From the NCBI RefSeq assembly GCF_039541155.1, contig NZ_BAABFR010000108.1, forward strand, positions 1 to 15,969: DNA of 15,969 nucleotides, read 5' to 3'. The position numbers and the translations under genes were made by a program. The first letter of the stretch is position 1, and each line of letters starts with the position of its first letter. The notes beneath the pieces are model-generated. The model was not told where the DNA came from. It searched no databases and saw nothing but the letters and a program-made list of their open reading frames with translations. This stretch comes from Tsukamurella soli. GTDB lineage: Bacteria > Actinomycetota > Actinomycetes > Mycobacteriales > Mycobacteriaceae. Shown one piece after another: positions 1 to 7,730 of the stretch.

Positions 1-95
1 CGGGCTGGGTAGCGCAACGTCTGGGCCTCGTTGCGGGTGCCTGGTATGCCGCTGGGCGGGGTGCCGTGACGTGGGATGACAGCGTTGCCTCTTGG

Positions 96-120
96 CGGTG
101 CGGTGCGGTGCGGTGCGGTG
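96..120. repeat. Pentanucleotide microsatellite (CGGTG)x5
   Basis: Five perfect head-to-tail CGGTG units read directly at 96-120, in apparently non-coding high-GC DNA. Confidence 0.9.
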
Positions 121-507
121 GGACGGTCGCGGTGATACCGGTGGACTTGCCGGCGTGTGGATAAAGTAGTGCCCGTTTGGGGCCCTGATGGCGTGCTGGG
201 GCGACGAGGGGCGTTATGGGTAGCTTCGACGGGGGCGTGCCTCGGCGGCGGCGAGGGACTTGTGGTGTTCGATCGCCGGCTCATGGGTCGTGAATCCGCA
301 TCAATTAGACGAACCGTCTCGGCGATCGGTTCCGACCATCTGTTCCCACAGGTAGGAGGGCCAGACGAACGCTCGCCAGGCAAAGGTCTCAACGACGACA
401 CCGCGTGAGCTGCCACTGACAAACCTGTCCTCTCGAGACGGTCCACGCTCGAGTGGGCAACAACAGTAGAGTCACATACGTAGCGAGTGACAGCCGGAGG
501 GGCGAGG

Positions 508-1635
508 ATGGACCTGCAGGAACAAATCGAGAGTGCCCGACAATCGATCAAGACCGACGCATATTCGATGTCAATCGGCGAACTTGTGAACCTTTACCGA
601 TCTGAAGAGCTCATAATACGCCCCGAGTTTCAACGACTCTTCCGGTGGTCAATCCTTCAGAAGTCCCGCCTAGTCGAGAGTATCCTTCTTGGCATACCAG
701 TGCCATCAATATTTGTCCTCCAGCGAGAAGATGGCGTCTGGGAACTCATCGACGGACTACAGAGAATCAGCACGATACTTGAATTCATGGGTGAACTGCG
801 CAACGAAGACCCCGACTCCGAAGAAGACCTCATTGCGCCCAAATTACTCGTCAGCACGGACTACCTTCCTGGTCTTGACGGAGTGACTTTCAGCGACGAC
901 TGGGAGAACGCAGCGGACAGTCTCACACCCGGACAGCGCATAGCATTCAAAAGGTCGAAGATCGACATCAAACTACTCCTTCCAGAGAGTGACAATCGAT
1001 CCAAATACGAACTATTCGACCGTTTGAACGCTGGTGGCGCTCCAGCGACAAGCCAGGAGGTCCGCGCAGCGCAGATCCTAATGCGCGATCCTGCGATGTT
1101 CAAATGGATCGAGGACTTGCGCACAAGCCCATCATTCTCGGATACCTTAAGTATTACGGATCGCTTGATCGCGGAAGCATACGACGCAGAGCTCGTTTGC
1201 CGCTTTCTTTCGCTTCTCCACTCCGGTACTGACGACCTGAAGTCAATCGATAGTTTCGACGAGCACATCACGTCAACGATATTCTCGCTAATCGAGTCAG
1301 ATGCCTTTGACCCTGAGACAGACAAACAGATCTTCGGTTCGGTCTTTTCACTAATAGATAATGCACTAAGCGACGACGCATTTCGGAAGTACGACGAGAG
1401 GAAGGGTCGCTTCGTTGGGGGATTTTCGGTTTCGGCATTCGAATCAATTACGATCGGAATCGCCCGTAATATCGAAGTGTGGCAGGAGGCCACCGAGGTA
1501 GAGCTAAGGAAGCGAGTCGAAGACCTTTGGTCACTTGAGGACTTCCGAAAGGGATCAGGCGGCGGCATTCGTGGTTCGTCACGCGTTTCCAAGACAATCC
1601 CTGCAGCAGTTTCCTACTTCTCCAAAACGGCATGA
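508..1635 (+). CDS. DUF262 (ParB-like, GmrSD N-terminal type) domain protein
   Basis: The N-terminus has the DUF262 signature 'IRPEFQRLFRWSILQKSRLVESILLGIPVPSIFV...WELIDGLQRIST' (DGLQRIST at 751-774). The ORF track starts at GTG 487, but ATG 508 has a GGAGG (496-500) 7 nt upstream, so 508 is preferred. I could see no DUF1524/His-Me nuclease motif in the C-terminal 250 aa. The block is low-GC. The stop overlaps the next start (ATGA at 1632-1635). Confidence 0.85.
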   Translation: MDLQEQIESARQSIKTDAYSMSIGELVNLYRSEELIIRPEFQRLFRWSILQKSRLVESILLGIPVPSIFVLQREDGVWELIDGLQRISTILEFMGELRNEDPDSEEDLIAPKLLVSTDYLPGLDGVTFSDDWENAADSLTPGQRIAFKRSKIDIKLLLPESDNRSKYELFDRLNAGGAPATSQEVRAAQILMRDPAMFKWIEDLRTSPSFSDTLSITDRLIAEAYDAELVCRFLSLLHSGTDDLKSIDSFDEHITSTIFSLIESDAFDPETDKQIFGSVFSLIDNALSDDAFRKYDERKGRFVGGFSVSAFESITIGIARNIEVWQEATEVELRKRVEDLWSLEDFRKGSGGGIRGSSRVSKTIPAAVSYFSKTA

Positions 1636-2297
1636 AAGTACGAACGTTAGAGAAGTTAGAGCAGCTCATCTCCGATGATGTATCCTGGAGGAAGAAAGAG
1701 CTTTCCGTACTCGACGGACTTATCGGGAACGGTCGCACGCCAGCAAGCCGTGCTGCACTACGCGCCAGCATCCCCCTACTTTACGCGCATTGGGAGGGTG
1801 CTATCAAAAACATCTGCCACTGGTATCTTTGCTATCTTGCGGCACAAGCCTTGCCTCTGGATGAATTTAAGGCCGAAATCGTCGGATACACTCTAAAAGG
1901 GAAGTTCGCTGCACTTAGCAATTCCCGCCGGCCCATAGTCTTCTCAGAGGCCGTGAGGATGATCAGAGAAGAGGCTGATAAGCGAGCAAGAATCCCTACC
2001 GAACGAGATGCAATTATCACTGAGTCGAACTTGAGTTATGCTGTATTATGCGACCTGCTTATGTCGATCGGGTGCGACACTTCCGGGTTCGATCGATACC
2101 AAGACCTGATCGATTCCCAACTCCTCAACATTCGGAATCGGATCGCACATGGAGAGGACGAATATCCCAGGCTACCAGAGTGGTCTGACCTGAAGGAAGT
2201 GATAGTGTCGTTGATCGATCAGGTTGCTACGCAGGTGTTAAACGCGTCCGTCACAGGACAATTCCGGCGTGTCGCCCCCAGTCCCGCAGCGGGGTGA
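1632..2297 (+). CDS. HEPN-domain protein (MAE_28990/MAE_18760-like family), predicted RNase effector
   Basis: R-x4-H HEPN motif 'RNRIAHGE' (RNRIAH at 2133-2150). The N-terminal 'WRKKELSVL...LLYAHWEGAIKN' is typical of this HEPN family as I recall it. It has a 4-nt ATGA overlap with the DUF262 gene. The last ~15 codons run into high-GC DNA antisense to the integrase remnant, so the native C-terminus is uncertain. Confidence 0.75.
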   Translation: MKVRTLEKLEQLISDDVSWRKKELSVLDGLIGNGRTPASRAALRASIPLLYAHWEGAIKNICHWYLCYLAAQALPLDEFKAEIVGYTLKGKFAALSNSRRPIVFSEAVRMIREEADKRARIPTERDAIITESNLSYAVLCDLLMSIGCDTSGFDRYQDLIDSQLLNIRNRIAHGEDEYPRLPEWSDLKEVIVSLIDQVATQVLNASVTGQFRRVAPSPAAG

Positions 2298-2770
2298 CGT
2301 TCCTTCGGCGCGGGGTCGACACCGACCCGAGCGCAGCCATAGTGTCTGCGTGGTCGTCATCGAATAGGTGGGCATAGACCTCCGTTGTCACCACGGTGGA
2401 GCTGTGGCCCATGTAGTCGGCGATTTGCTTCGGGTGCAGGCCCGCGCTCACACAGAAGCTCGCATAGGTGTGACGAAGCGTATGGGCCGTGGTGAGCGCT
2501 GGGATCGGTCGCAGACCGTCCGCATCGAGCGCCAGGCTCCCCCTCAACAGCGCGGGGCGGTAGATGTTCTTGTAGTACATTGTGGTGGATCAGCTCTGCC
2601 CAGTCCAGGCTTAGCCGCTCCCCTGCTTCCTGGACCGTCACGTCCGCAGAACTTGGCACAGCCCAGAGAGGCGAGACGGTTTGGGCGCGATCGCCCCTGT
2701 ATCGCGAAAGCAGTCGCCACCACGCGCGCTCCCGTGCCATGTGATCCTCGACCCGATCGGCGGGGCTGAA
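2251..2770 (-). pseudogene. Tyrosine recombinase (phage-type integrase) remnant, truncated and frameshifted
   Basis: The frame at 2251-2580 encodes only the C-terminal catalytic part: 'AHTLRHTYASF' (HxxR box), 'MGHSS', 'EVYAHLF' (catalytic Tyr). Upstream (2581-2770), a different frame gives a weak 'AGERLSLDWAELI' integrase-like stretch. The segment normally found between these boxes is missing, and there is no N-terminal core-binding domain. Confidence 0.7.
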
Positions 2771-2901
2771 CCATCGAGGTCCTCTGCAAACTCGTCCATA
2801 CCCATTAGGTGCACCAGCTCCCCATCCGGTGCCCAGTTCGTCCGTGCGTGCTCGAATGTGCGCGACTGACCAAACTACGCATCGACGGGCTCGCAGTCCC
2901 C

Positions 2902-3876
2902 TCACGGGTGCGATGGGGCTTCTTCTTCGGGGCCATGCACGAGGTACTGCGCGTACGCAAGGACCTGCGGGTTCATCTCCGAGTACGGGGCTGGTCCTCG
3001 TTCAGAGAACGGTCCAGTTCTGAAGCAGTACGCGCCGCGTTTGCCCTCAAACCGCTCGACCAACTCGCACACGATTTCGCCATACGGGCGCATGACCTCA
3101 TCGGGGTACAGGGCATTGAGAACCTTCTCATTGAACTTAGGCATCTCATCTTTGATGCTGTCCAAGAGCTTGAACACAGAGAGGTCTTGGGGCATCCCTT
3201 TGAGCTGTTCGAGGTACCCGGCAATCTTCTCGTTGGGTTTCTTCGGGTTGAGGTTGCGAACCTGCGAGACGACCTCGTTATCGAGGTCGAGCACAATCAC
3301 GGGCTCTCGGCCCACTGCGAGACTCACCGACATCTTGATAGCCATCAAGTCGATGTGCACCAAGGCATTTCGCGCCTCGATCATCCAACGGTACGCCTCG
3401 CATTGGTCGTAGAATTCGTTCAGTAGATTCTTTACCGTCTGCTCAGTAGCCTTGTCGTCGCTGCGTGCTTCGGATATCCGCTCGGCCTGAGCTATCCTCT
3501 GGTCGCGATACACGAAGCACGAGTTAGCCGCATTCATGGTCTTCGTGGCCGCCGCAATCCGAATCGACGTGCCCCGCTCTGTCGTGCGAGGGATATGCTT
3601 CTTCTTCATCCCGTATTGGGCGATGCCGATTATGAAGTCGAGTAGGTCGAGGCACTCGTCGTTCACGAACAGCCACATGGGGTCCTCGGCAAAGCGGGTC
3701 AGCTCTATGTACGCGCCCATGTAGCGCTCGTATTCTGCATCCGAGAAGTCGGCGATGTGACGCATGATGGGTGGCACTCCTGCCTCGAAGTCTTGAAGCA
3801 GGATCCCGTGGTTTCCGTGATCCTTCATCGCAAGAGCGTATCGCCCGCCTCGTCCGAATGGCGACCCATTTACCAT
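2902..3876 (-). CDS. Hypothetical protein (324 aa) with a HEPN-like RNxxxH motif
   Basis: Long ORF with realistic amino-acid composition in a GC-depressed block. AGGA lies 8 nt upstream of ATG 3876. The central motif 'EARNALVH' (R169..H174, nt 3355-3372) matches R-x4-H. I recognise no other family. Confidence 0.6.
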   Translation of the reverse strand: MVNGSPFGRGGRYALAMKDHGNHGILLQDFEAGVPPIMRHIADFSDAEYERYMGAYIELTRFAEDPMWLFVNDECLDLLDFIIGIAQYGMKKKHIPRTTERGTSIRIAAATKTMNAANSCFVYRDQRIAQAERISEARSDDKATEQTVKNLLNEFYDQCEAYRWMIEARNALVHIDLMAIKMSVSLAVGREPVIVLDLDNEVVSQVRNLNPKKPNEKIAGYLEQLKGMPQDLSVFKLLDSIKDEMPKFNEKVLNALYPDEVMRPYGEIVCELVERFEGKRGAYCFRTGPFSERGPAPYSEMNPQVLAYAQYLVHGPEEEAPSHP

Positions 3877-4348
3877 CTGAGATGTCCTGTGGCGCAGTGT
3901 ATCGCTGCGTATGCGTACGACCTCCGGTGAGCGGTCGTTGGGCGCGGAGCACTACGCCTCGACCCCGGACGCCGGGGCAGGCACCTCGTCGTCAACCTGA
4001 CGTTCGAAGCTCACGATCCTCGTCTCCCGCATTACGATGCCGAGGTGGAGTTGGGAGTCTGTGACTGGACGATGGGTGGTGCACCTGCCTCGAGCCGCGT
4101 TCCGCGACGGCATCCAAGAGCCCGGGCACCGTCCCGACGACGGCGGGACCTTGGCATCATCCCCGGGCTATCGAATGGCACCACTACAACCCACGCGGAT
4201 GTCGGGGTACGACGGGCGTTCCGCCCCAGGACGGCAGGACGAAACTACGAGTTGCGATGCGCCGCGGCCCTGGCGACGATGCCCGCTCCCTCGACGGCTC
4301 AGCGTGCCGGCGTAGTCGAGTGACATGTCGTAGGGTCTCGCTAGTCTC

Positions 4349-5338
4349 ATGTGTATGGGATTGGGAGAGCTGACCGCGGAGTCCGTAAACGCAGCGATCG
4401 CCGAATATGACGAGCTGGGCGCGGACGCTTTCCTGTCCAAGTATGGGTATGGACCCGCGCCCGGGTACCTCATCCACTACGACGGCAAGCTCTACGATTC
4501 GAAGGCTATCGCGGGGGTGGCATACGGCTACATCCCCGGGCTCAACCCGCTCGGTTCCGCAGAGTTCAGCGGTGGCGAAGCGAGCGTCGCTCGTAAGCTG
4601 CGCCAGCTCGGATTCCGGGTGCCACCAACTCGGTCACCGGACTGGGTTCGAGATGAGGTCATTCTCGCCTGCGATCTGGTCGCTCAGAACGGCTGGAACT
4701 ACATGAGCGCCGACGATCCTCGTGTCGTCAAACTGTCCGGACTCTTGCAGCGGCTCCCGTTCCATCCCGTCGAGGTCCGCGGAGACAAGTTCCGCAACAC
4801 CAATGGTGTAGCTCGTAAGACGGTTGACATTGCCATGCATCACCCCGACTACCCCGGGAAGACTACGAAGAGTGGCGGGATCGACGAGGTCGTGCTGCAC
4901 GAGTTCCTTGACGATCCGACGGGTATGCACGCGATCGCCGAGGCTATGCGCCGGTCGATCGCAGACGACACCGTGATCGAGCAGTCGGCGGTACCTAGCG
5001 AGGACGAGGATGACGGTGCCCGGGAGGGCCGTCTCCTTCAACGTCGGCACTTTGTCCGCGAACGGGACAAGAAGCTGCGTCGCCGCAAGATCGCGGAGTT
5101 TCTTAAGGTCCACGACCGCGTCCATTGCCAAGCGTGCGGATTCGACTTCGAGGCGGTCTACGGCGGCCGCGGCCAGGGGTACATCGAGGTCCATCACACG
5201 TTGCCGCTACACGCTGCCGACGAGCGGCAGACCGAGCTGACTGACCTCGTGCTGCTGTGTGCCAACTGTCACCGGATCGTCCACAACAAATCGCCATGGC
5301 TGACGTTTGACGAGCTGCGTGCGCTCGCCGCACCATAG
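4349..5338 (+). CDS. HNH endonuclease, type IV (modification-dependent) restriction-like, ScoMcrA/COG3183-type
   Basis: The N-terminal 'AIAEYDELGADAFLSKYGYGPAPGYLIHYDGKLYDSKAIAGVAYGY' resembles the ScoMcrA-type head domain. The middle 'WVRDEVILACDLV...DKFRNTNGVARKTVDIAMHHPDYPGK' is the COG3183-type region. The C-terminal HNH is 'CQACGFDF...YIEVHHTLPL...LLCANCHRIVH'. Confidence 0.85.
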   Translation: MCMGLGELTAESVNAAIAEYDELGADAFLSKYGYGPAPGYLIHYDGKLYDSKAIAGVAYGYIPGLNPLGSAEFSGGEASVARKLRQLGFRVPPTRSPDWVRDEVILACDLVAQNGWNYMSADDPRVVKLSGLLQRLPFHPVEVRGDKFRNTNGVARKTVDIAMHHPDYPGKTTKSGGIDEVVLHEFLDDPTGMHAIAEAMRRSIADDTVIEQSAVPSEDEDDGAREGRLLQRRHFVRERDKKLRRRKIAEFLKVHDRVHCQACGFDFEAVYGGRGQGYIEVHHTLPLHAADERQTELTDLVLLCANCHRIVHNKSPWLTFDELRALAAP

Positions 5339-5397
5339 TGGATCTTTCTAAGGTCGCTCAGCTGTACGTGCGTTACTTCGGCGCTCTTACCGATGCT

Positions 5398-5415
5398 CGC
5401 ACCGGATAACCGCGC
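5398..5415. repeat. Left copy of flanking direct repeat CGCACCG(GAT)AACCGCGC
   Basis: Read directly. It matches 12547-12561 (CGCACCGAACCGCGC) except for a 3-nt GAT insertion. It lies 6 nt from the Cas1 stop codon. Confidence 0.45.
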
Positions 5416-5421
5416 GTCCCG

Positions 5422-6858
5422 TCAGTCACCGTCGTGGTCGAGTGCCCCATTCAGTTGGTTCCAGGTTCCGTCAGCGGTCCAGCGGTCGAGTCGTGCTTTG
5501 CAGGTCCAGCGGGAGACGCCGAGGGTTTTGGGGATCTGCGCCCAGGCGGTGCCGTGGTGTGTGACGCAGAGGATTCCGGCGAGGACGGTTCGGTCGTCGG
5601 CCCATGCGCGTCCTCCGCTGCCGCTTTTGGGGTTCGGTGGGATGAGAGGGCGAAGGCGCTGCCACATCTCATCGGTAACGATGTCGGCGACGGTGACCAG
5701 TCCATCGAGTCTTAGTCGGGCCTGCTGGATCGGCGTCGTCGTGGCGGGGTGCATGATCGTCTTGTTCCGTACCAGCCGTGGTGTCGTCCGGGTTTCGGCC
5801 CGTGCGGTGTTGGCGATCGCGTTGGCGATGTACTGGGTGTGCGGCGTGATCTGCTTCGCGTAGTGCGGCAGGTGTTCGGCGAGTTCGTGTGTCAGTGGCG
5901 GAACCAGCCGGCACTGGCCGTCTCGGCTCTCGTGCAGCAGTGAGGGCCAGCGTCGCTTGTTGCACGGTGTGTTGATCATTGTCAGGACGTGCCGGTCGAC
6001 GTGGGGACGGAGGATTTCGAGGAGGTCGACGGCGAGGGAGTCCCGGGCGGGTTCGTCGAAGTGGAGGAATCCAAGCGCCGGATCCAGCCCGATGGTGTGG
6101 CAGGCGAGCCGGCACTCGACTTCGGCGAGCCGGTACGAGTAGTTGAGCATCGCGTTGATCGGGTCGCTGGCGAAACGGGCCCGGCCGGACTTGCCGACTT
6201 TCGAGCTGCGGCCGTTGAAGCGCTGCCAGTGGTCGGGGATGCGTGGTAGGTCCGCGCGGAGGTACGGGAGCGCGACGGTACCGGTCCAGGCGTTCCAGTA
6301 GATTCTGCCGGCGTTCCCTTCGTAGCCGCGGGCCTCGGCGATCGTGTCGGCTGCGTCGACGGCCTCGATGAGGGCGCGGATCTGCTGCGCTGCTTGCGGG
6401 TCGGCGAGTTCGTGGTCGGCGATCTGGGCTTGTCCGTCGAGTTTGAGACCGAGGATGTGTTTGACGAGCGCGAGCCCGACGTGTTCGTTGGGTCCGCCGA
6501 TCCCGGCGAAGGCCTGCGCGCGGCGGAGGCGCGCGTTGTGGTCGGCGGGCGGGGACGAGGAGGTGATGAGGTCACCGTTGCGGTCGAGGTGCAGCAGGGT
6601 GATGCCGACGTCGGCGCACCAGGCGAACGCGTCCAGGGTGATGTAGCCCGAGCCGGAGAGGACGACGATCCGTTGCAGTGTCCGTTCGATGCGGGGGATG
6701 CGGCGTTCCCGGCGGTGGGAGCCGATGCCGTCGCTGATGGTGAGATGCCCGCGGTGGACGCTGATTCGGATGCCGTAGCCGTCGACGACGAGCACCCGCG
6801 GGTCGGTCGGGGTGCGGGTGTAGATGTCGCCGACGGGGGTGTCGAGGGTCGCGGTCAT
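5422..6858 (-). CDS. cas1: Cas1-family integrase (solo, casposase-like) with C-terminal DUF4096/IS5-type HTH
   Basis: 478 aa from ATG 6858. N-terminal beta domain: 'VLVVDGYGIRISVHRGHLTISDG' and 'RIVVLSGSGYITLDAFAWCADVGITLLHLDRNGDL'. Catalytic residues: E180 ('ARGYEGNAGRIYW'), H266 ('DPALGFLHFD'), D278/E281 ('DSLAVDLLEILRP'), plus 'DPINAMLNYSYRL'. C-terminal ~90 aa: 'VTDEMWQRLRPLIPP...GGRAWADDRTVLAGILCVTHHGTAWAQIPKTLGVSRWTCKARLDRWTADGTW', an IS5-transposase N-terminal HTH pattern. The ATG overlaps the upstream stop (ATGA at 6855-6858). The track's 800-aa ORF is an upstream out-of-frame extension. Confidence 0.85.
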   Translation of the reverse strand: MTATLDTPVGDIYTRTPTDPRVLVVDGYGIRISVHRGHLTISDGIGSHRRERRIPRIERTLQRIVVLSGSGYITLDAFAWCADVGITLLHLDRNGDLITSSSPPADHNARLRRAQAFAGIGGPNEHVGLALVKHILGLKLDGQAQIADHELADPQAAQQIRALIEAVDAADTIAEARGYEGNAGRIYWNAWTGTVALPYLRADLPRIPDHWQRFNGRSSKVGKSGRARFASDPINAMLNYSYRLAEVECRLACHTIGLDPALGFLHFDEPARDSLAVDLLEILRPHVDRHVLTMINTPCNKRRWPSLLHESRDGQCRLVPPLTHELAEHLPHYAKQITPHTQYIANAIANTARAETRTTPRLVRNKTIMHPATTTPIQQARLRLDGLVTVADIVTDEMWQRLRPLIPPNPKSGSGGRAWADDRTVLAGILCVTHHGTAWAQIPKTLGVSRWTCKARLDRWTADGTWNQLNGALDHDGD

Positions 6859-7730
6859 CGATGTGTCTCTTCTGGTCGCTGGTCGAGGTGGAGCCCGAGG
6901 ATGGTGAGGACGTCGGTGCAGCAACGGTCGACCATCAGTTGGGTATTCGGTTGGAGGTACATCCCGTCGCTCGACGGTGTCGCCGTGCGGGCGAATTCGG
7001 GTTGCAGTGCAATGTATTCGGCGAAGCTCAGCAGATGTTGTTGCCGCGCATCGATGAAGCGTTGGTCGTGATGGCCGGCGAGGATGTCGTCCCTGTTGTC
7101 GATCAGCCAGTCGACGGCGACGGAACGTGCGGTGATCAGCCTCAGTACCGACTCGACGGTCAGCGGCGCTCCGGGCGCGCCGAGGTACCGCGGCGCGTGG
7201 TCGGGTTCGAAGACGGCGCGGATCGCCTCCTCCACACGGTGAGGGTCGAAGCGACCCGTGTAGCTGGTCTCGGCCAGCAGGTCGAGGAGGTGTGCGCGGG
7301 CCGCCTTGCCCGCGCCGGGGTGGTCGAGCTGGCCGAGCACTGCGCGGGCGCAGTCGCGTGCGTACTTCTTGTTGACGCGCGGTCCGCGGTCGCCGGGGTC
7401 GCCGAGCCAGGTGAGGAACGCTTTGCGGGCTTGCCGGGTCGGGACGTAGTCGTCGCCCCAATACAGCCAGATGCAGACGACGACACGCGCGAGCGCGGGG
7501 ATGCGCGTGGTCTGGGTGCGTTTGTCGAGGAGTGTCACGAACAGCAGGCGTTGATTGGCGGTGTAGAGCGCGGGGCGGGAGCCGTGGCCCTTGCCGGCGG
7601 GTTGCAGGGTGGGTGAGTCGAGCAGTCCCCGTTCGGTCCAGTCCCGGACCAGCCGCGCGGTGGGGTGATGGCCTGCGGTGCGCCCGTCGGTGAGCAGGTC
7701 GTCGATGGTGCCGGGCCGGTCGAAGGTCAC
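6855..7730 (-). CDS. Hypothetical protein with N-terminal MerR-like HTH, translationally coupled to cas1
   Basis: 291 aa from GTG 7730. 'TARLVRDWTERGLLDSP...GKGHGSRPALYTANQRLLF' resembles a MerR-type HTH. The remainder is unrecognised. The stop overlaps the Cas1 start. Confidence 0.6.
   Translation of the reverse strand: MTFDRPGTIDDLLTDGRTAGHHPTARLVRDWTERGLLDSPTLQPAGKGHGSRPALYTANQRLLFVTLLDKRTQTTRIPALARVVVCIWLYWGDDYVPTRQARKAFLTWLGDPGDRGPRVNKKYARDCARAVLGQLDHPGAGKAARAHLLDLLAETSYTGRFDPHRVEEAIRAVFEPDHAPRYLGAPGAPLTVESVLRLITARSVAVDWLIDNRDDILAGHHDQRFIDARQQHLLSFAEYIALQPEFARTATPSSDGMYLQPNTQLMVDRCCTDVLTILGLHLDQRPEETHR

Noticed and set aside
157-408. An 83-aa ORF, and an open minus-strand frame, in the first 480 bp.
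   Set aside because: The composition is poor, there is no start context and no recognisable motif. I treated the region as non-coding or decayed.
432-453. Two CTCGAG hexamers 10 nt apart that form a possible hairpin or operator upstream of the DUF262 gene.
   Set aside because: It is a 6-bp stem of a self-complementary hexamer with one extendable mismatch. That is too short to call a terminator or operator without expression data.
861-1592. A 243-aa minus-strand ORF antisense to the DUF262 gene. Similar antisense ORFs occur at 4634-5197, 6394-7071 and 6861-7616.
   Set aside because: They are Ser/Arg-rich or Gly/Val/Asp-rich with no motifs. The sense-strand genes carry clear domain signatures.
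5337-5344. An 8-bp direct repeat AGTGGATC at 5337-5344 and 12593-12600, located at the outer gene boundaries of the module.
   Set aside because: An 8-mer recurring once in 16 kb is expected by chance. Both copies overlap coding sequence (a stop-codon region and codons 3-5 of the secreted protein).
5416-5440. Candidate terminal inverted repeats just inside the 15-bp direct repeats.
   Set aside because: Only CGTCAG against CGTCGG plus scattered matches could be aligned by eye. That cannot be distinguished from chance in GC-rich DNA, so I left it as a caveat rather than a feature.
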